A DNA stretch of 64,000 bases from assembly GCA_964611575.1 (NCBI GenBank), contig CAZTAJ010000004.1:8287-72286 (forward strand), given 5' to 3'. The first letter of the stretch is position 1; the number at the start of each line of letters is the position of its first letter. Made by a program: the position numbers and the translations under genes. This DNA is from an uncultured Verrucomicrobiota bacterium. Lineage in GTDB: Bacteria > Verrucomicrobiota > Kiritimatiellia > CAIKKV01 > CAITUY01. This document shows, one piece after another, positions 19,456 to 29,642 of the stretch. The notes below the pieces were generated by a model. That model searched no databases. It had not been told where the DNA came from and saw only the letters and a program-made list of their open reading frames with translations.

Positions 19456-21242
19456 TTCGACTCCTTGCTTTCTGATGATACGGTATTTGTCCCGTCGGTG
19501 CCGGGCGCCGGCGGCGCGTCGGGCAGAGTCGGGTCAGTCTGATCGAGATACTCCTGCCGATTGGACCGTCCATCCCCATCGGGATCGGCCGCGGGGTCGG
19601 CGACCGTCGCCGTGGACCAGTCCATGAACTTGCCGAACCAGTACATCTCGAACCAGTTGGGCAACCCGTCTCCGTCGGCATCGCCGTATTCGCTGGCCGT
19701 GAACAGGGGCTTGTCGCCGAAGTCGGCCTGCCAGTGCCGCGCCTCCTCGGTCGAGAAGCAATAGAGATCGGCCTGGTCACGGTACGGCCGGTCGGTGACG
19801 GGATCGGGACTCTCCAGCCGCGTGGCTACCTTGCCTCTGCGCACCACTTCCACGGCCACGGGACCGGGCGTCAGCGGCAGGATTTTGGAGAATACGCCCG
19901 CCGGGGCCTCGTAGGGCTCGGTCCGGCCCGGCACGCGGATCGTCGCCGGGCGCGGCAGGATCGTCAGCACCTCCAGAACGCCGTCACCCTTGGAGTAGGC
20001 GCGCTCCTTGAACGGAAACACGCGGGCGCCCAGGCCGTAACGCTTGAAGGTGATATAGATGCGGTCATGGTCGGTGACGGGCTGCCTGCCGGTCTTCCAC
20101 CATTCCGAGAAATAGGCGTTCAGGTCGAAGATCCCGTAGTGCGTCTGATAGCCGGGGGCAAGGCTGGTGTTCTCCGTGTAGTCGTTCCAGGTGACGAACT
20201 GCATGAGGTGGGAATTGTAATCCCGCGCCTTGCGCCAGTTCTCCCGGAAGAGGCGGGTGCCGGAGCGCAAGGCGTCCCCGTGCGTGAAGCCCCACGTGGC
20301 GTTGTCGTACTGGTACCACATCGGCTGGCAGTACTCGCCGCCCACGGCGCGCACGGCCTGGGCGACCTCATCCTCCTCGTCGTAGCCCACGAACGAGCCG
20401 ATGCCCAGTCCGCCCTTTGCCAGTGCGGCGCAGGCAGCCTTGAGGTGGTCGCGTTTGAGCTGGCGTTCCTCCGCCCCCTCCACACGCATGAACAACCCCG
20501 AGATATCGAACTGCCAGACGATCGGCTCGCCCAGCTCACGTGCGAGTTCATCGAAGCGTTTGACCATCGCTTCCCAGCCTTCAGGCGTGGTGCGGACGCG
20601 GCGGGATTTGTTGAACGACGTCTTGGGGTCCACCGGCTCCCCCATGGCCCGGGCGGCGTCGTCGGCGACCTTGCTGACGGAGTAGTAGCCGAAGATCAGG
20701 GGCTTGCCTTCGAACCGTGCCAGCTTGGGGCTTTTCCCGTGGGTGGCGAGCAGCCAGCGCAAGCCCTCCACATCGTTGGAGTCGTAGCAGAGCGTGATGC
20801 CGAAGGGGTAATCCTTCTCCTCCGCCAATTTGAACAGCATGTCGATGACCTGCTGACAGTTCGCCTTCTCCCCGGCCCACATGTCGATCGCAAAGCCGTC
20901 GATGCCGGCGCGCACGGCACGGCGGATCTCCAGATCCATGCTCTCCTCCAGCGAGAGTTGCAGCCCTTCCGGCACCAGCGGCCAGTTGCGCCAGCGTCCG
21001 CCCACGGCATCCTGGTCCTTGCCTGTGTGCCGCGACTTCGATGCATCGTTGGACCGGTGATAGGCCGTGGCGCGGCAGGCCACGGGGTAGCAGCCCATGT
21101 AGTGGGCGTAGACCAGCCGGGGCCGCTTGTCCGGAAGCGGCGGTCCGGCCTGGAGCGTCGCGACGTGCCGCAGACATCCCGCCAGGCAGAGCCCCGCGAT
21201 TCCCACGACCCCCCACGCCACGGTTCGCTTTAACGCCTTCAT
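19452..21242 (-). CDS. lipoprotein GH71/GH99-like glycoside hydrolase with TSP3 repeats, lacking the C-terminal domain (paralog 3)
   Basis: Lipobox 'GLCLAGC'. 'VYAHYMGCYP', 'GIDGFAIDM', 'FVTWNDYTE' and 'DADGDGLPNWFEMYWFG...DPDGDGRSNRQEY' are present. The protein ends about 240 aa earlier than paralogs 1 and 2. Confidence 0.65.
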   Translation of the reverse strand: MKALKRTVAWGVVGIAGLCLAGCLRHVATLQAGPPLPDKRPRLVYAHYMGCYPVACRATAYHRSNDASKSRHTGKDQDAVGGRWRNWPLVPEGLQLSLEESMDLEIRRAVRAGIDGFAIDMWAGEKANCQQVIDMLFKLAEEKDYPFGITLCYDSNDVEGLRWLLATHGKSPKLARFEGKPLIFGYYSVSKVADDAARAMGEPVDPKTSFNKSRRVRTTPEGWEAMVKRFDELARELGEPIVWQFDISGLFMRVEGAEERQLKRDHLKAACAALAKGGLGIGSFVGYDEEDEVAQAVRAVGGEYCQPMWYQYDNATWGFTHGDALRSGTRLFRENWRKARDYNSHLMQFVTWNDYTENTSLAPGYQTHYGIFDLNAYFSEWWKTGRQPVTDHDRIYITFKRYGLGARVFPFKERAYSKGDGVLEVLTILPRPATIRVPGRTEPYEAPAGVFSKILPLTPGPVAVEVVRRGKVATRLESPDPVTDRPYRDQADLYCFSTEEARHWQADFGDKPLFTASEYGDADGDGLPNWFEMYWFGKFMDWSTATVADPAADPDGDGRSNRQEYLDQTDPTLPDAPPAPGTDGTNTVSSESKESK

Positions 21243-21329
21243 GAGACTCCTGCCTTCATTAATCCGCCTGCCCGCGCGCCTTCGCGTAGTTCTGCGGTCT
21301 AAGTTGCCGCCGTCCGCCCAGAACCCTCA

Positions 21330-21359
21330 CTCATAACCGCTTATCCCATGGAGTGTCAA
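21330..21359 (-). promoter_or_regulatory. candidate sigma70-type promoter for the 21242->9674 gene string
   Basis: The reverse strand reads TTGACA-18 nt-TATGAG, about 90 nt upstream of the ATG at 21242, which has an AGGAG RBS. The spacer contains CCATGGGAT and is flanked by a CACTC...GAGTG inverted repeat. Confidence 0.35.
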
Positions 21360-21400
21360 GCCATACGCCGTTCGTGCAGAGAGGGGACGCGGCTCGACTT

Positions 21401-22522
21401 TCAGGCGCGCTGTTCGCGCGGGGGCGCTGTGGTGAGGCGCACGGACAGGCGCGCAGGCATCAGGACGTTGGCCGGCACCGCCTCCGGCCCCCCCAGGGCC
21501 TCCATGACCATACGCGCCGCCGTTCTCCCCATTTCGGCAATGTCGAACGCCACGCTCGTCAGCCGGTTGTTGCCGGCCACGTCCGGGAGCGGATCGGTGT
21601 CGTCCCAGCCGACCACGCTCATGTCATCGGGAACACGCACCCCGAGCCGTTCGAGGGCGTAACACGTCTGGATCGCGTTGGGATCGTTTAGCGTCAACAG
21701 CGCGGTTGCCTCGGGATGCTTATGCAAGGCCTCGCGTAATGCCGTCTCGACCATATGCTCCTGCTCGATATCGACCGGCAGCAGACATTGTCTCGGATGC
21801 ACCCCCGCCGCCGCACACGCCGCCGTGTATCCCGCCAGGCGGTCCTCGCACGGATACCCGCCCCCACGATGCCGCAAGTAGAGCACCCGCCGATGCCCCA
21901 ACGCCAGCAGATGCTCAAGCGACAGGCGTCCGCCGGCCCGTTCGTCGCGCAGCACCGACGCCCCCCCCCTGATGCGCGCGTTCAGGGAAACGATGGGGTG
22001 TGACCCGAAGCCGGGCGCACCCCGCAGTCCTTCCATGAGTGACTCCGACAGGCCATGATGCGCAATCAAGCCATCCACCTCACCCCGCCAGATCGCCGGG
22101 GGGAGTTGGAGCGGCAGGGCACGGTGCGCCACCGGATCGTAGGTGGGCAGCATCAGCAACCCGAATCCCCCCGACGACACCTCCTCCGCGATCCCGCGAA
22201 ACAGCTCGTAGAAGAACCGGACTTTCCCCAGATGCCCGGGGATCAGCAAGCCGATAACGTGGTTAAGCGGCAGTTGCCCGGACTTGCGGGAGGCCAGTCG
22301 CCGTGCGGCCTGGTTAAGTTCGGGGCGGTAGCCAAGCGACTCGGCCGCCTCGCGGATGCGGGCGGCGGTGGCGTCCCTGACGCCGGATTTGCCGTTCAGA
22401 ACGCGTGAGACCGGATAGACACTCAACCCGCAGCACTTGGCCACATCCCGCAGACTGACCGGACGACCGTCGCTCGCCGGCTTCCGCCGCGACCTTCCTG
22501 CCGCAACCTGCTTCGTTTTCAT
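21401..22522 (-). CDS. LacI-family transcriptional regulator
   Basis: 'VSLRDVAKCCGLSVYPVSRVLNG...ATAARIREAAESLGYRP' is the LacI HTH, followed by a periplasmic-binding-protein-like domain. The ATG at 22522 is preferred over the track start at 22570. Confidence 0.85.
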   Translation of the reverse strand: MKTKQVAAGRSRRKPASDGRPVSLRDVAKCCGLSVYPVSRVLNGKSGVRDATAARIREAAESLGYRPELNQAARRLASRKSGQLPLNHVIGLLIPGHLGKVRFFYELFRGIAEEVSSGGFGLLMLPTYDPVAHRALPLQLPPAIWRGEVDGLIAHHGLSESLMEGLRGAPGFGSHPIVSLNARIRGGASVLRDERAGGRLSLEHLLALGHRRVLYLRHRGGGYPCEDRLAGYTAACAAAGVHPRQCLLPVDIEQEHMVETALREALHKHPEATALLTLNDPNAIQTCYALERLGVRVPDDMSVVGWDDTDPLPDVAGNNRLTSVAFDIAEMGRTAARMVMEALGGPEAVPANVLMPARLSVRLTTAPPREQRA

Positions 22523-22639
22523 AGGCTGATCAGCTTGCCGCATAGCCACCACTGAATCAAGCCCACGCATCCCGACCCAAGACAGTGTTCACCAGGGTGC
22601 GCGCCGCGTCCCCGTGATTCTTCACACCGGGTTCCCGCC

Positions 22640-23809
22640 TCATCCCACCGGCTTCGGCAGGAAGATGTCTTCATAGAAGTTGCGGGCATAGCGGTCCGTC
22701 ATCAAGGATAGGTGGTCAATCACGATCTGGGCGAGCGAGGGCTGCTCGCGCGGCGCATACATCTTGGCAATGAACCGGTGCAACTCCCGCGCGGGCGCCG
22801 AGTCCCTTTCCATCGACACGCCCCACTGAGATTGCCGGCGCGACGACAACTCGCGCTGCTCGAAATCAAAAATCATGGTCAACATGTTCTCGGCCCGCAT
22901 GGCGTACTCCATGAGCTGCGGGTGAAAGTAGATGTGCTTGCAGTTGTACTCGTACAGGCGGCGGAATGCGTCGAACACGGGGTCCGAGAACCCGATGCGT
23001 TCCGGGGTCTTGAGATTCGTCTGGATGATGTCCGTCACCAGTCGGTTGATGATGGCCCGGTTGTCCGACCCCAGGCTCTTGATCACCCGGGCGGGAAGCG
23101 GCGGCAGTCGGCCCAGAACGTTCAGGGCGTCCTCGTAGTCGCGGCCGGCATACGCAATCCGGTCCACCATGCGCACGACGCATCCTTCCATGGTGTAGGG
23201 CACCAGGCCGCGCCGCTTCAACGTTTCAAGCGCGGGGCCCCGCTTGGACCGGGGACTGATGAATTGCTCCGTCCGCTCGCCGCAATGACAGATGATGCCG
23301 TCGCGCACCTCGTAACACAGGTTCAGCCCGCGCTCCCGGGTGGACGGTCGGAATGCCAGCCGGTCGACCACGCGCAGGCTGTGCAGCTCATGGCTGAACG
23401 ACTGGGCCGGGTCGTTGCGCTTCCAGAGTTTGTCGAGCACCGTTTCGCCGGCATGCCCGAACGGACCGTGGCCCAGGTCATGCCCGAGGGCAATCGCCTC
23501 GACCAGGTCCTGGTTCAGGCCCAGCGCCCGCGCGACCGTCTGGGCGATCGAGGCCATATAGAGGGAATGGTCGGAGCGCGTCGACACGTGGTCGCTCTCG
23601 GGCGAAAAGATCACCTGGGTCTTGTAGCGCAATCGACGGAAGGCGCTGGAATGGATGATGCGATGCGCATCACGCTGGAAACACAACCGGATCGGGTCCT
23701 CGGGTTCCCCTCTCAAGCGCCCCAGGCTGGCGGCACTGTGCGTCGCCAACGGATGGTCGGCGATCTTGTCTTCGCGGTCCTGAGCAAGTTCCCTGAGCGT
23801 TTTCACCAT
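22640..23809 (-). CDS. dgt: dGTP triphosphohydrolase-like HD-domain protein
   Basis: 'FQRDAHRIIHSSAFRRLRYKTQV', 'RSDHSLYMASIAQ' and 'ALGHDLGHGPFGHAGE' are the canonical dGTPase/HD motifs. Start trimmed to the ATG at 23809. Confidence 0.8.
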   Translation of the reverse strand: MVKTLRELAQDREDKIADHPLATHSAASLGRLRGEPEDPIRLCFQRDAHRIIHSSAFRRLRYKTQVIFSPESDHVSTRSDHSLYMASIAQTVARALGLNQDLVEAIALGHDLGHGPFGHAGETVLDKLWKRNDPAQSFSHELHSLRVVDRLAFRPSTRERGLNLCYEVRDGIICHCGERTEQFISPRSKRGPALETLKRRGLVPYTMEGCVVRMVDRIAYAGRDYEDALNVLGRLPPLPARVIKSLGSDNRAIINRLVTDIIQTNLKTPERIGFSDPVFDAFRRLYEYNCKHIYFHPQLMEYAMRAENMLTMIFDFEQRELSSRRQSQWGVSMERDSAPARELHRFIAKMYAPREQPSLAQIVIDHLSLMTDRYARNFYEDIFLPKPVG

Positions 23810-23897
23810 GCCGGATCCCATCCCTGTTCCCATGCACCTCTGAAGTCGCAGACGCTGGTGGCGAGCTATACCACCCACCCGGCCGGTCGTCCAGCGT

Positions 23898-25676
23898 TCA
23901 CTCCCGGTTGCCGATCGAATAGTATTTGATCATCCCGTAAGGAAAATCGTGGGGCTTGTAATTGCGGACCCAGGGATGCCGCAGGCTGAACTGCATGGAA
24001 TGGTGCAGAAACAGCCAGGGGCAGTCGTCCATCACAATCCGCTCCATGGACGCATAGAGGGCCCCGCGCCCGTCCGCCCCCGGCAGCCGCGCCGCTTCCT
24101 CGTACAGCCGGTCAAACCGGGCATTGCGGTAGTTCGTCCGGTTCGCGCCCGGCGTTTCGTTCGGCCCATAGAACAACTGGAGGAAATTCTCGGGGTCGGG
24201 ATAGTCGGCCACCCAGCTCAACAGAAACATCTGCGCGCGCTTTTGCTCGATCTTCTTGAGCAGGGTCGGCCAGTTGTTCACACTGGGATGGATGACGATG
24301 CCGATGCGCTCCATGAACGCGGCCAGCACCTCGGCCGTCTCGCGCGTGTCGGAACTCCCGGACCCGAGTTCGAGGGTCAACTCCAGCCGCCGCCCGGTGA
24401 GGGGGTCGCGCCCGTCGGGATACCCCGCCTGGATCATCAACTGGCGGGCCCTGGCGATATCGAATGGAAACGGGTTCGGGCCTGCCTCCGCGACTCGGAT
24501 GGCGGGCGGCACCGGGCCCTCCGCCGCAATGACCCTGCCGTTCTGAAACTGCACCCACTGCTTGCGATCGAACGCCGCCTGCATGGCCTGGCGGAGACAC
24601 CGGTTTGTCCCCAGCACGGGATCCTGCATGTTGAACCCGATGTACCCCACGTCCAAGGCCGGCGCCGCGTCCATGACAATGCCCCGGCGCGACAGCTCGC
24701 CCATGAGGGCCCGGTCCGGGGTCACCACCGCGTCCCAGTTGTCGCGCGAAATCGAGGACATATCCAGATGGCCGCTCAGGAACATCAGCCACTGGGTGGT
24801 CGGGTCCCCGACCACAACCTGGTCGATCCGGTCGATGAACGGCACGGGCTTGCCGGCGTCGCGCAACCGTCCCTGCTCCGCATCGGCTGATTCGCCGGCC
24901 GAAGGATAGCGGTCGTTTCGTGCCGTGGCGCGCCAGGCCGGGTTGCGCACGAACTCCAGCCGGTGATCCTGAACCCAGGCCTTCAGCACATACGGTCCTG
25001 TGCCGACCGGGTGATTCACGAAGTCGGCTCCGTAATACTCCACCGCCTCGTGCGGCACGGCGCAGGCGTAATTCATCGCCAGCATCCACAGCAGAGCCGG
25101 GAACGGATGCTTCAGTTCAATCCTGAGTGTGCGGGGATCCGGCGCCGTCAATCCCGCCACAGTCACCCCATAGTCGGCCGGTCGCTGCGCGGAGGCGGCG
25201 CGGAATTCATCCAGCCCGACGATGTGCCCGCGGAAGGTCCAGTAGCCGGACGACCCGACTTTCAGGTCGGCGATCCGTTTGAGGGAGTAGACAAAATCGG
25301 CCGCGCACAGTTCACGCCCCCGTCCCGCCGTATTCGTGAAGCAGGGATCATCCTGGAAGCGTATGCCGCGCCGGAGGGTGAAGGTGTATTCCAGCCTGTT
25401 GGAGGACACGACCGGCATGGCCTCGGCCAGCAGGGGTTCGACGCGATAAGGCCTATCCAGATAGGCGTACTGCAGGAGGCCTTCGTAGACTTTGCTGACA
25501 GCCTGGACCGAGGGAACGTCCATCACCAAGGCAGGATCGAACCCGCGAATACGACCGGTTTCGCCGTGATAAACGCTTTCGGCCGCAAGCCGGCTAACGG
25601 CGAGCCCCGTGGCCAACGCAAGCCACAAAACCCCGCCGGTCCACAACCGGCCGGGCTTGCGCATCACCGGGCTCAT
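23898..25676 (-). CDS. ABC-transporter substrate-binding protein, family 5 (peptide/nickel/oligosaccharide type)
   Basis: It has a signal peptide, is about 590 aa, and shows the typical SBP_bac_5 layout ('ESVYHGETGRIRGFDPA...', 'NPAWRA', 'WVADYPDPENFLQLFY'). No permease or ATPase genes are adjacent. Confidence 0.75.
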   Translation of the reverse strand: MSPVMRKPGRLWTGGVLWLALATGLAVSRLAAESVYHGETGRIRGFDPALVMDVPSVQAVSKVYEGLLQYAYLDRPYRVEPLLAEAMPVVSSNRLEYTFTLRRGIRFQDDPCFTNTAGRGRELCAADFVYSLKRIADLKVGSSGYWTFRGHIVGLDEFRAASAQRPADYGVTVAGLTAPDPRTLRIELKHPFPALLWMLAMNYACAVPHEAVEYYGADFVNHPVGTGPYVLKAWVQDHRLEFVRNPAWRATARNDRYPSAGESADAEQGRLRDAGKPVPFIDRIDQVVVGDPTTQWLMFLSGHLDMSSISRDNWDAVVTPDRALMGELSRRGIVMDAAPALDVGYIGFNMQDPVLGTNRCLRQAMQAAFDRKQWVQFQNGRVIAAEGPVPPAIRVAEAGPNPFPFDIARARQLMIQAGYPDGRDPLTGRRLELTLELGSGSSDTRETAEVLAAFMERIGIVIHPSVNNWPTLLKKIEQKRAQMFLLSWVADYPDPENFLQLFYGPNETPGANRTNYRNARFDRLYEEAARLPGADGRGALYASMERIVMDDCPWLFLHHSMQFSLRHPWVRNYKPHDFPYGMIKYYSIGNRE

Positions 25677-25679
25677 GCG

Positions 25680-26108
25680 TCAGGGGGCCGTGGGTGCAGG
25701 CGCGGGCGCCGCGAGGGGGGCTGGCACCGGCACCGGAACGGAAACCGGCGCACTCTCAGGCGCCGGCGCAACCGGCATGGCGGCTCCACCCGCTTCAGGC
25801 ATGCCTTGGGCGATCGGCGCGGTGGCGGGAGTCGAGGGAAGATTGTCGGTAATCGAACTCGTGCTGCTGTGCCCGCCGGAAACGATCAACCCGATGAGCA
25901 TCGTATTCACGAGGAACACAATCGCCAGCCCGATCGTGATCTTGGTGAGAACATTGCCGGCCCGCGACCCGAAGAGCGTTTCACCAACACCCGCGCCGAA
26001 CGCAAGGCCCAACCCCTCGTCCTTGGCCTTCTGGAGCAGAATGACGCCGATCAGCAGAACGCTGACGAGAACCTCGATGATGATCAGAAACCCTTTGATG
26101 GCACCCAT
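25680..26108 (-). CDS. secG: preprotein translocase subunit SecG with Ala/Pro-rich C-terminal extension
   Basis: 'LLIGVILLQKAKDEGLGLAFGAG...GSRAGNVLTKITIGLAIVFLV' is the SecG signature. It lies directly after tpiA, which is conserved synteny. Confidence 0.85.
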   Translation of the reverse strand: MGAIKGFLIIIEVLVSVLLIGVILLQKAKDEGLGLAFGAGVGETLFGSRAGNVLTKITIGLAIVFLVNTMLIGLIVSGGHSSTSSITDNLPSTPATAPIAQGMPEAGGAAMPVAPAPESAPVSVPVPVPAPLAAPAPAPTAP

Positions 26109-26127
26109 GATAATTCCTTTCCGCGGA

Positions 26128-26883
26128 TCAACCCGCGGCGTTCACAATTTCCACAAACGACACCGCATCGAGCGCCGCCCCGCCGATCAGACCGCCGTCG
26201 ATGTCCGGCTGTGAGAACAGTTCCTTCGCATTTGACGGCTTGACGCTGCCGCCGTACTGAATGCGCACGGCCTGCGCGGCGCCGGGATTGCTCATCTTGG
26301 CGAGCACCTTGCGGATCAGGGCATGGACTTCCTGCGCCTGGCCCGACGTGGCTGTGCGGCCCGTGCCGATCGCCCAGACGGGTTCATACGCGACGACCGT
26401 GCGGCGAAACCCGGTTTCATCCAGGCCGGCGAGGCTCTTGGTCACCTGGCCGGTCACCACGTCCTCGATCTGGTTGGCTTCACGCTGTTCCAGCGTTTCA
26501 CCGACACAGACGATCGGCGTCAGGTTTGCCGCCAGGGCCGCCTTCACCTTCCGGTTCACGATGGCGTCCGTTTCATTGAAAAACTGGCGCCGTTCGCTGT
26601 GGCCCAGGATCACATAGTGACAGAAGAGATCGCGCAGCATGCCCGCCGACACTTCGCCCGTGTAGGCGCCTTCCTTCTCCCAGTGCATGTTCTGGGCGCC
26701 CAGTTTCACCTGGGTGTTGGCGATCACGTCACCGACTGTCTTCAACACCGTGAAAGGCGGGCATAGGACCACTTCCACGTCGGTCCGGTCCGCCAGGCTG
26801 CGCTTGACGGCACCGGCCAGTTCCGAGGCCTCGCTCACGAGCTTGTTCATCTTCCAATTGCCGGCTATGATTTTCTTTCGCAT
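26128..26883 (-). CDS. tpiA: triosephosphate isomerase
   Basis: 'IIAGNWKMNK', 'ILGHSERR' and 'AYEPVWAIGTG' are present. Confidence 0.95.
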   Translation of the reverse strand: MRKKIIAGNWKMNKLVSEASELAGAVKRSLADRTDVEVVLCPPFTVLKTVGDVIANTQVKLGAQNMHWEKEGAYTGEVSAGMLRDLFCHYVILGHSERRQFFNETDAIVNRKVKAALAANLTPIVCVGETLEQREANQIEDVVTGQVTKSLAGLDETGFRRTVVAYEPVWAIGTGRTATSGQAQEVHALIRKVLAKMSNPGAAQAVRIQYGGSVKPSNAKELFSQPDIDGGLIGGAALDAVSFVEIVNAAG

Positions 26884-26936
26884 CGGTGATTCCAGGTTTG
26901 ATCGTTAGTGGTTGAGAGGGTGAGAAAGGCACCCGA

Positions 26937-28196
26937 CTACTTATCGGTCAGCGCGGTGACACCCGGCAACGCCTTGCCTTCTAGAAATTCCAGGCTCGCG
27001 CCGCCGCCGGTGCTGATATGCGTCATCTTGTCGGCCAGCCCGCTCTTGTTGACGGCGCTGACGCTGTCGCCGCCGCCCACGATGCTCAGACATTTCGTCT
27101 CGGCCAGCGCCTTGGCAATGGCGAGCGTGCCATTCGCAAAGGGCGCCATTTCGAAACACCCCATCGGGCCGTTCCAGACGACCGTCTTTGCCTTGCGGAC
27201 TTCCGCGGCAAACAGGTCGGCCGATTTCGGCCCGATATCCAGCGCCATCCAGCCGTCGGCGATGCCGTTCTCGCCGACCACCTGGGTAGTCGCCGCCGCA
27301 TCGAACTTGTCGGCGATGATGTGGTCCACCGGCAACAGCAGCTTGACGCCCTTGGCCTTGGCCTGGATCAGGATCTCCTTGGCCAGCTCGACTTTGTCCT
27401 CCTCGACCAGCGACTTGCCGGTGGGCAACCCCTGGGCGCGGTAGAAGGTGTAGGCCATGGCGCCGCCGACGATGAGACTGTCGACCTTGCTCAAAAGGTT
27501 CGTGATCACGGCCACCTTGTCGCTCACCTTGGCTCCGCCGAGAACCGCCACGAAGGGCCGGTCGGGACTGGCCAGCGCACGACCCAGGTAATCGATTTCC
27601 TTCTCCATCAGGAACCCGGCCACATTCTGCTTGTAGAACTTGCACACGACCGCCGTCGATGCATGGGCGCGATGCGCGGACCCGAATGCGTCGTTGACGT
27701 AGACTTCGCCATCGCCCAGCGAGGCCAGCTTTTCGGCAAACGCGGCCTGCTTCTTCTTCATCTCCGCCTTGGCCGCCTTCTTCTCGTCATCCGTGGCGGT
27801 ATCGGCGAGCTTGGCCTTGCCTTCCTCTTCCTTATAGAAACGCGTGTTTTCGACGAGCAGCACCTCGCCGGGCTTGAGCGCCGTGGCCATCGCGATCGTC
27901 TCGGCGCCGACGCAATCCGCGCCGAACTTCACCGGTTTCCCAAGCACTTCCGACAGACGCACCGCCACCGGCTGGAGACTGAACTCCGGCTCGGCCTTGC
28001 CGCCCTTGGGCCGTCCAAGATGACTCATGAGGACGACCGAGGCGCCCTGCTTCAGCACGTACTGAATCGAAGGCAGGGCCGCCGTAATGCGGGTGCTGTC
28101 ACCCACCGTGCCGTTCTTGATGGGCACATTGAAATCCACGCGCATCAGAACGCGTTTCCCCTGCAGGCTGACATCACGGAGCGTCTTCTTGTTCAT
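26937..28196 (-). CDS. pgk: phosphoglycerate kinase
   Basis: 'RVDFNVP', 'SHLGRPKG', 'AVLGGAKVSDK', 'WNGPMGCFE' and 'STGGGASLE' are present. Confidence 0.95.
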   Translation of the reverse strand: MNKKTLRDVSLQGKRVLMRVDFNVPIKNGTVGDSTRITAALPSIQYVLKQGASVVLMSHLGRPKGGKAEPEFSLQPVAVRLSEVLGKPVKFGADCVGAETIAMATALKPGEVLLVENTRFYKEEEGKAKLADTATDDEKKAAKAEMKKKQAAFAEKLASLGDGEVYVNDAFGSAHRAHASTAVVCKFYKQNVAGFLMEKEIDYLGRALASPDRPFVAVLGGAKVSDKVAVITNLLSKVDSLIVGGAMAYTFYRAQGLPTGKSLVEEDKVELAKEILIQAKAKGVKLLLPVDHIIADKFDAAATTQVVGENGIADGWMALDIGPKSADLFAAEVRKAKTVVWNGPMGCFEMAPFANGTLAIAKALAETKCLSIVGGGDSVSAVNKSGLADKMTHISTGGGASLEFLEGKALPGVTALTDK

Positions 28197-28221
28197 CGGC
28201 GTTCTCCCGTACTAAGGATAC

Positions 28222-28251
28222 ACGGCGGCTCCCCTTGGGGAGAGCCGCCGT
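28222..28251 (-). promoter_or_regulatory. intercistronic stem-loop between gap and pgk
   Basis: ACGGCGGCTC CCC ttg GGG(a)GAGCCGCCGT forms 13 bp with one bulge. It lies 24 nt after the gap stop and 26 nt before the pgk start. Confidence 0.35.
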
Positions 28252-28274
28252 TTGTGTCATGCAACCCGACCGGC

Positions 28275-29522
<1,248 letters not shown>

Positions 29523-29642
29523 CTATCGGGCTTGCGGTCACACCCCGGCATGAATGGCGGGAAGGGAATCGGAGGGGGGGGGAAGCCTCGCCGGAGAGTT
29601 CCGTTTCGCTCACGGAGGGGCGGACCGGTGGTTCGACAGGGC

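Noticed and set aside
21961-21969. C9 run inside the LacI CDS, together with C8/G8 runs inside other CDSs (18381-18388 and 31866-31873), considered as possible phase-variation switches.
   Set aside because: G/C homopolymers of 7-9 nt are frequent throughout this window, where they encode Gly-Gly-Gly or Pro-Pro-Pro. They look like a compositional property. No evidence of length heterogeneity can be obtained from a single sequence.
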